NCBI RefSeq assembly: GCF_036971445.1
Contig: NC_091478.1
Span: forward strand, 29,016,001-29,080,000
Length of the DNA: 64,000 bases
DNA from: Narcine bancroftii
Lineage: Eukaryota
Reading direction: 5' to 3'
Notes under the pieces: model-generated
Seen by the model: the letters and a program-made list of their open reading frames with translations, nothing else
Told to the model about the DNA's origin: nothing
Database searches by the model: none
Part shown: in pieces, positions 34,836 to 48,018 of the stretch
Position numbering within the stretch: the first letter of the stretch is position 1
Layout: every line of letters starts with the position of its first letter
Translations under genes and position numbers: made by a program

Positions 34836-37731
34836 GTGAGTGTCTGCCAGTACATAGAGTACCACAGAAAGGGTGTGTTCCATCATCTTGAGGCCCTCTC
34901 CACACGGACACAGTTCACTCTCCTGGCTGATGCTTCACCACAGAGCAAGGGAGGAGGAGTAGCTTTGTTTGGTCAAGATGTTAAAGGCCTCAACTCCCTC
35001 CCACTCAAAAGAACCCTTGGCAAAAGTTGGAGGGATAGAAGAGTTGGTATATGCCTCTTGATCAGTGTTGCTGAAACAGATACCATATATGCCGTTGTAT
35101 AGGTTGATCGTCAAAACTTAAAAATTTCACCTTTTAATGGGGGCCATCCTATACACCAGGTCTAAAATCTTATCTTGACCACAAAGTTGCAACACCACCG
35201 CCATCTTCCTGCCAGCTCCGACACAATCTTGCGCACATCCCGTTAGTTATATAGGAAGTCTCAGCGCTCCTCCACGGGGTCCGTCCACCCAGTCCGACTG
35301 CTGTTAGCTCCATCCAGGCTTTTAACGGCCTGTTACAGGAGTTGACAATGGTTTATTTTAAAACATCCAACTAACATAAAGGTTATTTAAAGGTTTAAAT
35401 TTTATTAAAATACCAGCAGGATACCCAGTGTTCCCCAGGAAATGAAACACTCAGTTGTTGACTTCGGCTGGTGGCATTTGTTCGCTTTGCTTGAAGTCTT
35501 GCTTGTCCTTCCTTAGCAGACTCTTGTTGTCTGCTCATGGAATGCCTGGCGGCCTGGCAGGCTTGGTGTTCCTCAGTTTCCTGCTGCCTGCTCCTTGTTT
35601 GTCTGAAGACCTGACCACTGAGGCAGGCGTATCGCTGGTGTTCTATTTCCCGCTGCCTGCTCCTTGCATGTCTGGAAGCATCAACAGTGAGGTGAGACAG
35701 ATGTTTCTCTGTTGTCTCTCGCTTTCTTCTTTGTCTAAATCTACGGGCTTGTGAAGAGCTTCTGCCAATGTTGCTTTGCTTTTTGGGGCCCATATTGAAC
35801 TGGGTTTGGCCACTTGTTTTTATTCTGAATGTACATTGATGCACAGCCCTGTAACTAATTGAGATGTCCCTGGTGCAAGTTCAATTTTTATTTTGAACTT
35901 TTGAACTTCATATGACCTTAAAGGTTAAATTCAATGTGGTCATAACATTCAGCATCAAATGTTACCACAATTACAGTGAACAGTAATACTAGTAAATACT
36001 TGTTATAATAAGCAGTAATGCAAGTCAGAGCAAGCTGGTCAAAAAAAAATTTGAACTTCATATGACCTTAAATTCAATGTGGTCATGACATTCAGCATCA
36101 AATGTTACCCCTTCTGAACTTCCTTGAACATTTCTAGAGTGTTCCATATTGATTTGCATGGAGAACAGAACAGCCAAACAGATATACATGCACAAATATA
36201 TATTAGATTATGATTTGCATCCATTGGTCAGCAGCAAGTGTCAGGTTTTTTTGTTGGGTGGGGGGGTCATCTTATAAAACAAGTATCGCTCAAAACCTAC
36301 ATTTTAGGTGGAAATTCCCGGGTTGTCCTATACCGCAATATATACAGTAATTGTTGCACTACTGTGTGAGAGAGGAGAATAAATTTGATTCAATTTCAAC
36401 ATTGAAGAGAAATTTGGATAGGTACATGGATGGAAGGGATATGGAGGTACAGGTCAAAGGCTAGGGAGAATAATAGTTCAGCACAGACTAGATTGGCTGT
36501 AAGACCTGTTTGTTCAGTAGTGTTCTGTGGTTCTAAAGTTGCTGCTGCATTTTGTACATTACAACAGTGTCTGCACCACCAAGTGGAATCAGGAATGTAA
36601 CAGGGTTGTGAGGTCCAATCTCTCATGCGATGCTTCACATTGTGGAGAGTCACAAGCATGACCAGTGATGCTTCAGGAGTTCCTGGCTGTCAGGACTCCC
36701 AGCTGCTCTACCCTCCACTATCTAAGTATCACTGATTATTACTAACGATCTCCGGGTGAGAGAGGACCCCCGTCCCAGTAGGGTGACCCATATCCCAGCT
36801 GGGGGAGAGATGGTCCACGTCCTGACAGTGTGACCCCCTCTCCTAGCAGGGCGAGAGACAGCCGCATCCACCTTGTGTCCCGGCAGAGGGGAGCCCGCAA
36901 CCCTACAGAATGACCTCCCACCCCGTGTCCTGGCAGGGGGAGAGAGACATCTCTCCATCCTGGCAGGGTGACCCCCCACCCCAGTCCCAAGTTGGTGAAG
37001 AAGGGTCCCTGTCCCGGCAAGGTGAGAAAGGGCCCCCATCCCAGCAAGGTGCTAATGGAGGGTCGGTGACCTGAAGCCACACCTCTGTTCCCCTTATCAC
37101 AGATGCTGCCTGTTCTACCCAGTGGTTTGAGCACTGTATTTCAGATTCCCATAGTTACACAAAGCATGTGATATCCATGCATGCAGAATCTCCCATTACC
37201 CTTCCATCCTAATACTGTAACATGTTCAGCGGTGATGCCTAGACAAGTGGTGGTTCTCCTTGCCCTGTTCCCTTTAGCAATCCCAGAGTCATCCTGAGTT
37301 GCTGATCCAAAAGGAGTGGGGGGGGTGGGTGCAGAAAACCTGAGCAAATGACCAGCAGCTGAGCTTCCTTATCTCTGGAAAATGACCGTCTGTGTGTTAG
37401 TTTTAATGATGTTACTAGTGCCAGGGTGTGTGGTGCACTAGTGCCAGTATCACAGGGCTAGGTGGTAGATTGGGAAAGGTTGGGTTGTGTTGCCTGTGGT
37501 TTGTGGATGGACCCTAACGCCAGGGTTTAGATGCCATGCTTCAGGAAGATGCTGCTAGATGAGAATTGTGAGGAGTTTGCACCCCCTTTTTCTTCACCTG
37601 TAGTCCTGCACTTTTATCTTTTTCAAGTATTTCTGCTCTTTTCTATGGATGCATTCTGGGTCCGTCTAAATGAGGGTTGTTTAAATTGTAAACTTGTTCT
37701 AACAGGTGTTCTTCCTTTCCCTCAATTTCAG

Positions 37732-37834
37732 TGCATGAAATATCCAGAGAGAATGTTCCAGCCCGGTGAAGCATTGACAGCAACAGTGATCGGCCCAGAT
37801 AAGGCAGGGACACGCCTCTGTCTGTCACTGACAG
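37732..37834 (+). CDS. PDCD11: PDCD11 coding exon 24
   Basis: ttcag|CMKYPERMFQPGEALTATVIGPD...LCLSLT|gtgagg; 103 nt. Confidence 0.9.
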
Positions 37835-38109
37835 GTGAGGCGGAGCTCGAGGTGGATGGTGTTGACGTCATTTTAATGGCCTTGCCTTGATTTTATTCAT
37901 TACAGTGCTCACAACCCAAGATCCCATGTTTAGACTGTAGGCATGAACGAGGTGAGGTGTGTAGGATTGGAGAGGGTGTACATGAGTGGGAATGTGTCGG
38001 TTGGGATGGGCCATCATTGTTGGGCAGCGGTGACCTTTGGAAGGGTTTGGAATCGGGAGTCTCTGAGAATCAGAGGACGTGGAACAAACAATATTGAGTA
38101 TAGGCATTG

Positions 38110-38680
38110 GTGCGATATGGTAAAGTATAAGACATTGGTGAGGCCAAATTTAGAGAACTGTGTATAGTTTTGATCAGCTAACTACAGGAAAGATCAATAA
38201 GATAGAAAGAATGCAGAGAAGATTTACTAGGATGTTACTCAGACTTCAGGAATTGAGTTCCAGGGAAAGGTTAAATAGGTTAGGACTCTATTCCCTGGTG
38301 TGTAGAAGAATGAGGGGAGATTTGATGGAAGTATTTAAAATTATGAGGGGGATAGACAGAGTAAATGTCGATAGACTTTTTCCACTAAGGTTGGGTGAGA
38401 TACAAACCAGAGAATATGGGTTAAAGGGTGAAAGGGGAAAAGTTTCGGGTGAACATGAGGGGTAACTTCTTCACACAGAGAGTGGTGGGAGTGTGGAATG
38501 AGCTGCCAGCTGAAGTGGTGGATGTGGGCTCAATTTTAACAATAAAGAATTTTGACAGGTACATGGATAGGAGAGGTATGGAAGGCTATAGACTGGGTGT
38601 AGGTCAGTGCGACTATGCAAAAAAAGTGATTCAGCACTGACTGGATGGGCCGAAGGGGTCTGTAATGTTCTATGGTTATA
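38110..38680 (+). mobile_element. CR1-type LINE 3' end
   Basis: YKTLVRPNLE...ERMQRRFTRML...RGDLMEVFKIM...GNFFTQRVVGVWNELP. Confidence 0.8.
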
Positions 38681-38882
38681 GTCCTGAACAGGAGAGAGAA
38701 AGACAGAGCTAGTGGAGGCAGCAAGTCATGGGGCTCGGGGGGAGAGTGAAAGAGCTGAACACTCACAGAAGACAGCCTGCAGACCAGCCATGGTAACACC
38801 TCTGGTGCATCTTTGGGCCCTGGCTCTGCCCTGCTCTGAGCGCACTTCATTGAGTTACTGATTCCCTGAAACTATCTTCCAG

Positions 38883-39060
38883 GTCTGTACTCACTGGATG
38901 AAGGTTCTGTGACTTTGGGCGCCATCAAAAAGGTTATTCCAGGCGTCGGGATGGTTGTTGGCCTGCCCCTCGGAGAGACAGGCCAAGCAGGGCTGTGTGA
39001 CCTGGAAGACTCATATAGGGAGTCACCGCTGGAAGGTTTCATCCAGGGAAACCTCGTCAG
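38883..39060 (+). CDS. PDCD11: PDCD11 coding exon 25
   Basis: ccag|..LYSLDEGSVTLGAIKKV...LEDSYRESPLEGF|gtaggt; 178 nt. Confidence 0.9.
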
Positions 39061-40368
39061 GTAGGTATTGGAGGCAAGGAGCCTGTTGCAGTCTGGCACA
39101 CACTCTGCTCCCGTCAGCTGTGAGTGGCAGCAGACTTCTAAATGATGATGTGGTTCAGAGGGCAGAGCCTTCTCGAGCCAGGGCTTCCGGACTCAGTGTC
39201 CCTTTGTACAGACTCTGGCTATTACATCAGTGAAGCTGGAATAGTGGGAGGGTCCAGGACCAGTGCCTCAGATGTCCCTTTGGAACAAATATGAGGAGAT
39301 TTCTTCAGCCAGAGTTTAAGTTTATTGTCAGAGAACATGCATGACATCACATGCAACCCTGAAGTTCTTTTTCCTGTGGGCCAGGCAGAATTTCTACTTC
39401 TCACTGGTGTGAATCTGGAATTAGTTGCCACAGACGCCTGTGAGGCCGAACCACTGGGTTTTCCCTCATTGAACTGGAGTGAGTTCTACCATTCTGTCTC
39501 CTGCCAGTTGATATCAATGCTGTCTGGTTTCTTAACTGGTTGTAAAGCTCGTTGGTGAGAGGAGGACGAGAACTATGGGGTAGTTGAGGAGGGATGTTCG
39601 GCAGGGAGCTGGAAGAGTAACAAGAGGGAACAAAAGTGGGGATCAACATTTATTGTCCATCCCTAACTGTCCCCGAGAAGGTGGTGGGGAGTGAGGTCTA
39701 GGATTTATACCCAGTGAGGATGAAGGACTATGATTTGAAGGGGAACCTGCATGTGGTGTTTCCATGTGCCTGGTGTTTGTTGCTGGAGATGGTGGGTTTG
39801 GAGCAAGCTGGGCAGGTACAGTGATTTTGTGGCTGTTACACACTGGAGTTGCTGTCCAGTGGTGGGGGGGAAACACATCATTCAAGTGCTTGACAGAGCT
39901 GCTGCAAAAACCTCTGGCTGAGGTGTCACGATCCAGGGATCAGTCTCAAAGGGGTCAGTTGTTCACGTCTGAGGTGAGACGGCATTTTTTCAAGAAGGTA
40001 ATGATATGTGAAAGTCTCCACCCAGATGTTGTGGAGGGTCAGTCGGTGAGCATATTTCCACACAGAGAGTGAGATATTTTTTGATATGAACTGAACCCAG
40101 ATGCGAGGAAAGTGACACGACAAAAGATCTGTCATTGAATGACAGGCCAGGGTGGGCAGGTACCTACCTGCCTGTTTCCTATGTCCTAATAGGAGTAAAA
40201 GTGGGACAGGATGGTGGCAGTGAGGAAGGCACCTGATGACCGAGGTAAGAATGAGGTTTTATGTGTCCTCTCCTCCGTCCTTTATCATCAGAAGCGTTTC
40301 TCAGCTGAGGCTGAATTTCCCTATTCCATGCATGTGCCTCATTGGTTCTCTATTCTCTACCTCTCTAG

Positions 40369-40425
40369 GTGTTGTGTAATTTCTAAGGATAAGAATCAAT
40401 TCCGAGTTTCTCTAAGGAATTCCAG
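40369..40425 (+). CDS. PDCD11: PDCD11 coding exon 26
   Basis: ctag|.CCVISKDKNQFRVSLRNS|gtgagt; 57 nt. Confidence 0.88.
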
Positions 40426-42197
40426 GTGAGTATCTCTCCCAACCCCATCCCTCCCTCTCTGCCTTCCATCCATACCCTTTCCCTTTAATCTCCAGAGATT
40501 AATCTTCCCCCTAATATTCCTCAAATTGCTGTATCTTAATCCACCTTTTAAGCAGGTCCTTACACACCTCCCTCTTTGTCCTGATATCTCCACATGATGT
40601 TAAATGCTTGGTTTCACACCTCCGAATTTTGTTGATCTGTTGTGCCTTGTTAAAGACACTTGTTGAATTAACATTTCCTTCCTTGCATGTCTGCTATGAT
40701 TCCCTTGTTGACTCTCTCTCCAAAGCCAGCAATATCCTGTTCTCCATACCTACCAGCACCAGTTTTGCTCCTGTACTGTTGAAACCAATCGTGGTAACCC
40801 CAAAATTATCTCACCAAGTTCTTGCTGATTTCACAATCTGAAAATCCCACAAATATGTCGCGTTTTCACTGATGCATGCTTCAGAATCAAGTTTATCGTC
40901 ATGGTTTGTTGTTTTTGCTGCCGCAGTGGTGAGTGAGGGACCAACGGGACCAAAAATTGTGTAAATTACATTTCCAAAAATACACTTTTTTTTAAAAAGT
41001 AAATAAATTAGTGCAAAAGAAGAAAAGTGAGATAGTGTCTGTGGTTCAGGAGGCAGAGGGGAAGAAACTGTTTTTGTACTGCTGGGTGTTCAGGTTCCTG
41101 TACCTCCTTCCTGATGATAGCAGTGTGAAGAATTGGAACTGAGCAAAATATAGAGCACCAGGCCATTCCATCCATCTGTTCCCTGCCGGTTGAGAGGCTA
41201 CACATGAGCTGATAATTTCACCAATTCATTCCAACAATTTGGTCCTCTGTCTCTTTGCTTCTCATGTATATCTTGCTTCCTCTTAAGCTATCCTGATTGC
41301 CCAACCACACCCCTCTCCCAAATTCCTTATGAGGTTTTCCAGTTTTATTTCCCTCCACATCCTCTCTCCATATATCCTGAAAATCCCTCCCCGAGAGTCA
41401 GAGAGTTGGCTATTTCTAGAATAGAACTCCACCTGTTGAGTCCTCCTTGGTTCTTGTCACCTTCATGAAGGATTCTTGCAGCGCTCCAACGTCATTTCGA
41501 CAACACAGCAGATGTGAGGGGATGAGGTGGCTTTGAACCACTGCAGTCCTGGTGAAGGTGCTCCCACGGTACTGCTGGGGAGGGAGGGAGAGAGAGAGAT
41601 CCAGGGTTTAGACCTAGTGACAATGAAGGAACAGTGATTAGACTTTACTCTCGGCAGTCGTGGGGAAGTATAGCTGAAAAAGAAATGACCACATCTTGGT
41701 ATTCTTTGTGTAAACCTTTAAATAAATTGCTGAATTATGTGTTACCTCTTTACCCATTTACCCCACAATGTTTTACAGCCCAATTCTATATTTTATTAAA
41801 CCTATTAAAAGAAGTGCAATAAAAATAAACGATGAAGTTGGAGATCTGCAGAGAGGATGTCACTGCTTCACTGGCCTTTAACTGCACAGCCCTTTGATAT
41901 AAATATAAGTGAACTAAAAATGTCTTTTGACCATTAATTTTAATTTCAATGATATTTTATGAAATTTGTTAATAGAATTCTTTTTGCTAGTTGCATGAGA
42001 ATTCTGGATACATAAATACTGGATAGTTGAGAACTTAGTGTTTCCAAACTGGAATGGCGTGCTCCTTGTGGGGGGGTGGGGGGCTGTACGAGGTGATGTT
42101 TCCGTGCACCTGCATTGAAGTCTGATTCTGTTCGAGAGTTATCATCTTGCTCTTGTGGGTGATTTGTCTTTCTTGCTGATGTGCGTATGAACTCCAG

Positions 42198-42320
42198 GGT
42201 TCATTCTGAGAAGAAGTCTGCTGTGCGAGATCCTGAGATTGCATCGATCAAGGACCTTCGGAAGGGGACAATCCTGAGGGGTTACGTAAAGGACATCGGG
42301 AAGCTTGGAGTTTATGTTAG
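42198..42320 (+). CDS. PDCD11: PDCD11 coding exon 27
   Basis: ccag|.VHSEKKSAVRDPEIASIKDLRKGTILRGYVKDIGKLGVYV|gtgaga; 123 nt. Confidence 0.9.
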
Positions 42321-42666
42321 GTGAGATTGCCAGTCTGGTGAGGGGCCAGCTGTGAACCAGTGTGCAAGCTTGTGTATACTCCACTTTGGTTCAGGTTTAC
42401 TTTAAGATCCAGCTTCAGATTAATTCAGGCTTGTGCTCGCAGACATGACCACCTGCAGGCACAGAGGTGCAATTATGCACAGACACACATGCACGCACCC
42501 ACACACTTGTGCTCGTTTCTCCATAGGAATCTACTACAGCCATGATAGGAGTGGTTTTGACAGCAGGAGAGGTGATAATTATTCACTATTTTACCACTCT
42601 TTTCCACTGTCTGACCTGAGCTGTCCTGCACGATTTCACAGCTGCTGGTCTCTGTGTATCAGTGTC

Positions 42667-43015
42667 CTGGATCCCTCTGGTCCTCCATCCTACACCTTCC
42701 CCTTTCCTGGATCCCTCTGTTCTTCTTCCCTTCTCCTTCCTGGTTCCCTCTGCTCCTCTTCCCTTCTCTTCCTTGGATCCCTCTGATCCTCTCTTCCACA
42801 CAACCCCATCCCCCACTTTCTGGATCCTTCTACTCCTCTCTTCCACCTAACCACCCCCTTTCTGGATCCTTCTGCTTCCCCCTTGTGTTTTTGATTCTTA
42901 GTTAATTTTCTGATTGTCCTTTTAAGAAATACTATTATTTGTAGTGTTACCATAGTGACTATGACATAATTCCTCATCTCCCCCCCCCCCCCCCTTTTCT
43001 GGATCCCTCTTCTCC
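42667..43015 (+). repeat. Pyrimidine-rich degenerate tandem repeat
   Basis: Recurring CTGGATCCCTCTG(T/C)TC motif about every 30-40 bp. Confidence 0.65.
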
Positions 43016-43249
43016 CTCACCATCTGCTTCTCCACCCCCATTCAGGCTTTTATTATTTCAGCAATGTGTGAATTTATTCCCCATTTCTCACCAGTCCCAT
43101 GGGGAAGCTGAACAACTGAGTGGTGGCAGCCAGTAGTTTGAAGTGCTCTTGTGAGTGTGAAGGGAGGTGCTGTCTCACAGTATGTGCTGTGCACTCTGGA
43201 ACAGTGGTGGGCAGTGCATCTCCTTCAGCCTGTTTTCTTTGTGTTTCAG

Positions 43250-43372
43250 CCTTTCTGCCACCCTGACGGGCCTTGTCCAGTACCAGCATGTCACCAAGTA
43301 CTCCATCAACAATCACAGACTCTATTGGCAAAATATCCCAAAGGGAAAGCTGGTGACGGTCAAAGTGCTGAG
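43250..43372 (+). CDS. PDCD11: PDCD11 coding exon 28
   Basis: ttcag|.LSATLTGLVQYQHVT...PKGKLVTVKVL|gtagga; 123 nt. Confidence 0.9.
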
Positions 43373-44285
43373 GTAGGAACTTGCTGGGGGTGTGGGCAGA
43401 GCTGGTGACACCTCTTGGCTTGGGACAGGATTCATGCCCTAACTTGCCTTAGCTTGGTGCTCCCTCCACGCTGCAGAAGCAGAGAGTGTAGTGCTTGCGA
43501 TACTGTGGTGGAGAAGTGACTACTGGGGGGTGGTGGTGTCAGTGTGGGGCAGGGCTGGATACCTTGGCTGCAATGAAGGGACAGAGAGTGAACAGTGCCA
43601 ATGTAATGTTTGGAGCTGGAACCTTTGAATCATGCTGCACCATCAAGAGCAGACTTGCTGGGTCATCTCATCCTTCCTAGTCTGTCACCGTATTAGCCCA
43701 CGATCTACCAATAGAAAGGCTTCTGCTCGATAATTTGATTCGGAACATCTCCCCATAATTCCTCCTACCCGTGATTAATTGAAGCTCATAATTTCTGGTT
43801 TCATTTTAGTAATTCCTCAGCATCATCTGCATTGCCCGATGAGGGTTCACGTGGCTATTTTAATCTGGCGAGGCTTCAAGGTGTGCAGGATCTTGTAGCT
43901 TGGCACAGGGCAGTGCAGTATTTAACGGGGTGTGCCTCTGGCAGCAGTTTAGGGTTAAACCAGAAGTCTGCAGGTGCCAGACAACTAACTGAAACAGCAC
44001 ACCACAGTGTTGGAGGAAGTCAGCCTGACCTGTTACATCCATGGAAAAGCAAGAGGCAGTCGCTGTTTCAGGCCTGAGCCCTTCTTCGGGGATGTCAAAG
44101 GTTCAGCAAATGCCCAAACAAGTCGGTGGAAGGGGTGGGTGAGGAGCACAGGGTACAAATGATGGGTAAACGCTAGTGAGATGGGGGAAAGGTGATGGGG
44201 GAGTGGCAGAGGGCTGACAACGATGCTCTGTGAGGGAGGAAGAGAAGTCAGTGGTTTACCACTTTTTTTTGTGTTTCTTCCGAAG

Positions 44286-44454
44286 CACCAACAAATGGCC
44301 AGGTCACGTGGAGCTTTCACTTCTCCCTCGAGACACGAAGAAGGCAGACTTGTTCCCGGCAACACTTGGCTTATTACTCCGGAAGCTGAATGAAGCAGAG
44401 GGGGAGGTGACCAAGACCAGCAAACGCAAGCAGGGAGACTCTGAGGCGGAGCAG
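44286..44454 (+). CDS. PDCD11: PDCD11 coding exon 29
   Basis: pyrimidine tract + gaag|.TNKWPGHVELSLLPRDT...DSEAEQ|gtgctg; 169 nt. Confidence 0.82.
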
Positions 44455-45483
44455 GTGCTGAAATGTTCAGGCGCCGTTGATTCATTATTACTAATCTATT
44501 AGGATGATGCAGCAAGTAGTGCTGCTGCCTTAGTTTGATCCCGACCTCTGGTGCCGTCTGTGTGGAGTTTGCCAATTCTCCTGCTGAGTCTCTCCTCCAG
44601 CTGTTCCAGTTTCCTCCCTCTTCCCAAAGGTGTACATTATCCCTTGTCCAGGTTCCTGGTGGGGAACAAGGAACACGATGGGCATGTGAGGGAGATTTAG
44701 TCATGGAAAAATATGGGGGAATGGGATTGATGGGAATACTTTGATGTCCAACATGGACACGATGGGCTGAATAACTTCTTCTATGTCGCAAGATGCTTCC
44801 TGGCCTGAATTTCCAGCATTTCCTCTATCTCAGCCGATCGTAATGATACACAGCAGGTAAATTTACCTCTTTTTATTTAGTCCCAGCTAATGCCATCACC
44901 TTCCCTGCTTCTGTTCAAATCTGGCACAATCCCTGGGAATTTTGCCCCATATCCTGAATCCCATCATTTGGGTTTGTTTAGATTTATTTATTATTGCCAC
45001 ATGTACAGAGAGATAGCAGAATGATTTCTTTGTGGGCCTTTGAAAGGCTGACAGATTCGCCACACTTCAGCGACACCTTGCAGAGAAACGAAAGGAAAGA
45101 ACGTCCCTTCAGAGAGGGCAAGTGGAGGAGGATCAGCCCGCTGCCTCCATCACTACCTTGGCCACCCCTGTAGCCACCAGCCACCACTGGTTCCTGCTGT
45201 CCCCTCGTGTTGTCTGGTGGCAGGTACATCCTTCCTGCAGAGGTTTGTTATACCACCCCAAGGTGCATTCTCCCCTCATCAGTAAAGCCAGGAGTCCCTT
45301 CTACCTGTACCACTCCAAGGTGTTGTGCCTGCGTTCTCTTCTGTGTCAGAAAAGGCAGGAGTCCAATCTTTCTCCTGAACTACTTTATAACCAGTCCCAC
45401 TGTCTTCACGAATGTGCAGCCGTGAACTCCATTGAGAGGTTTTCTTTTAACATTTGTTTCATTGATGTTTGCTGTCTCATTAG

Positions 45484-45579
45484 CTGCCCTACAAAAAATT
45501 GAAGACTGAAACAGGGGAGAGTGGTCTTCGATTGGAGATATACTGTTGGGAGGAGGAGGAAGAGGATGAGACTGGTAAG
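45484..45579 (+). CDS. PDCD11: PDCD11 coding exon 30
   Basis: ttag|LPYKKLK...EIYCWEEEEEDETGK|gtgagt; 96 nt, acidic linker. Confidence 0.78.
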
Positions 45580-45822
45580 GTGAGTGTCTCTGCACAGGAC
45601 TGAGTTGTGATTAACGTCATGTCTTTGTAACTCTGCTCCGGGTATGGGGGTTTGGATGCAGGGGCTGGGAGCTGGAATCCGAGTCCTGGGTCCAGGACCC
45701 AGGGGTTTGATGCTGGGATCTGGGGTCCAGGAGCTGAAGTAAAGCTGCTGTTCCCTCTATTATGTAGGCAATCATTCTGAATTGATGACAGTCTGTCCAA
45801 TAACATCCACCTGTTTCTCCAG

Positions 45823-45972
45823 GAGCCTAGCCCTGTCGCAACTGAGGTGCCCAGGCTCCAGCTGTCCAACAATTTTGCTTGGGGTGCGACGTTAAACACA
45901 GTGGTACCGGTGACAAAGAGACAAGTGGACATGACCTCAGACAGCGAGGAAGATGAGAGCTCAGCCACTGAG
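45823..45972 (+). CDS. PDCD11: PDCD11 coding exon 31
   Basis: ccag|EPSPVATEVPRLQLSNNFAW...SDSEEDESSATE|gtgaga; 150 nt. Confidence 0.9.
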
Positions 45973-46039
45973 GTGAGAGAAAATATTCTAGCACCTTACA
46001 ACTGCTGTTCATCGAGGCACCGACAGCTGGAGAGAAGGC

Positions 46040-46372
46040 GAGCAGTCTGCCTGCAGGCAACTGACATTGCAGAGAAGCAGCCCTGCTCTCCACCTGTACA
46101 GAGGGAAGGGTCTGCCTGCTGGTAACTGACCTTGCAGAGAAGCAGCTCTGCTCCCTACCTGCAGAGTGGGGAAGGGTAGGGGTCTACTTGCTGATAACTG
46201 ACCCTGAGGTGAAGTAGACATGCTCTTTCTGTAGCATGGGGAAGGGTAGGTGTTTAGCTCCTGTAACAGATCCTGTGTTGAAGCAGCCATGCTCTCTACC
46301 TGCAGTGTGGGGAAGGGTAGGGTTCCACTACTATTAATTGACCCCGTGGTGAAGCAGCCATCCTCTCTACTT
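46040..46372 (+). repeat. ~65-75-bp degenerate tandem repeat
   Basis: Recurring GAAGCAGCC.TGCTCT..ACCTG..GAGTGGGGAAGGGTAGG unit. Confidence 0.6.
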
Positions 46373-47508
46373 ATAGCGCACCCCTGCTGCTGAACAATGA
46401 AGAGTTTCACCTTGATCATTGGTGCAACCAGTGCGATGGAGGCCTTAGAGTGGGAGGGGAGAGGGGAAAAGTGTGTGGAGACCAGGGGAAAATGCATGGG
46501 GTGATTGGCTCTGGAAAGTGGAAGGGACAGTGGCTGTGGTTGTCCTGGAGTACAGGGGGTGGGAGTTCAGATGGATGGAGTGACCGGGATTCCGGCTTTG
46601 TTACAGCAAGGGGCGGAATTGGAGCATGAGGCGGTTGGGGAGCATGGTTGGGGGTGGGGGGGGTCTTTTATTGATGGGGAAAAGAAACAGTGGTGTGAGA
46701 GGATGGGGATGAGATTCAGTAAGGGTCTTTACCCCTCACATTAACAGCTGCGTCCCCATCAAATGGTTAGGAATAGACCTGTTCAAACTGACCAGGTCTT
46801 GATTGGGAGATACCTGCTCTCTGTATGAGGTTGAGGTGAGAAGGAAGGCTGGAGGCCTGTGATGAGTGGTGTGCCTCAGGATTGGTGCTGGTTCCATTGT
46901 TTTTTGTCATCTATATCAACAACCTGGATGAAAATATGGTAAATTGTATCACCAAGTTTGCAGATGACACCAAGATCAGAGGTATAGAGGATGGTGAGGA
47001 AGGCTTTTGAAGCTTGCAGCAGGATCTGGAAAATTGGGCTGTAAAATGGTCACCTAACTACAAGAAAGGTACCAATAAAACTGTTTAGCCTCCCAATCAG
47101 GGTTACGTGAAGCCATGGATTGCAGGTGGTGAATGGTTTTTATAAGCAGATTCTACAAATTGGAATTTATGGTTGTAAAACTACAAATGCTGGGCAGATG
47201 AATCTGCTGATCAATGGCCAGGGCTACCCATCCAGTATGGACACTTGCAACTGAAGAAGACAACGGGAAACCACTTCAATATTTTTCACTTGTATAATCA
47301 TGAACTCAACATCGACTACGGTCTCAGCTCAAAGATGGAGTCTTCACCAAAGGAGAACAGGGAGGCAACAACTATAATTCAGAGGGTCAGAGATCGTGAC
47401 AGATGGAGAGAAGAGGTCGTCCAGGCAAACAGAAAGGCACCTGAATGTATGATCAATAAGATTAAGTGTGCAGAGGAGATTTACAAGGATGTGGCAGAAA
47501 CTTGAAGA

Positions 47509-47765
47509 ATTATTTCTCTGGTAGGTTGAACCGCTGTAGTACTTTAAATAAATAATTCCATTCTACCCTGTCAACGGCTTTCTCTGCGTCAAAAGCAACT
47601 GCCACTGTTGGAGTCTTCTTTCCTTGTACTGCATGGATTAAGTTAATGAACTTGGAGACATTGTCCATTGTTTGTCTTTTCTTAATAACTCCAGTTTCGT
47701 CAAGTTTTACTATTTTTGGTACACAGACAGCCAATCTGTTTGCTCATAGTTTTGCTATTATCTGA
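47509..47765 (-). mobile_element. L1 RT fragment, same family as 11050-15069
   Basis: CVPKIVKLD.TG.IKKR...VEWNYLFKVLQRFNLPEK; matches ~11215-11475. Confidence 0.85.
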
Positions 47766-47768
47766 GTC

Positions 47769-48018
47769 CACCTGCATTGAATTCACCCATCGTTATTGAA
47801 TGAAGATCTACCGGGACCAATGCCTGAAGAGGGCGCACAAAATCAGTGAACTGGTGCGGACTCGAAAGGCCGACATGGCCTGTTTCCGCTCCGCACCTGC
47901 ATTGAATTCACCCATCGTTATTGAATGAAGATCTACCGGGACCAATGCCTGAAGAGGGCTCACAAAATCAGTGAACCGGTGCGGACTTGAAAGGCCGACA
48001 TGGCCTGTTTCCGCTCCG
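47769..48018 (+). repeat. 125-bp direct tandem duplication
   Basis: 47769-47893 and 47894-48018 differ at only a few bases. Confidence 0.92.

Noticed and set aside
36750-37100. GC-rich intronic stretch with overlapping - strand ORFs
   Set aside because: Degenerate CCCC.GTCC(C/T)(A/G)GCAGGG repeats explain the ORFs; no splice or homology support.
44033-44791. 252-aa - strand ORF
   Set aside because: Antisense shadow of a PDCD11 exon plus SINE/Penelope remnants; no coherent protein features.
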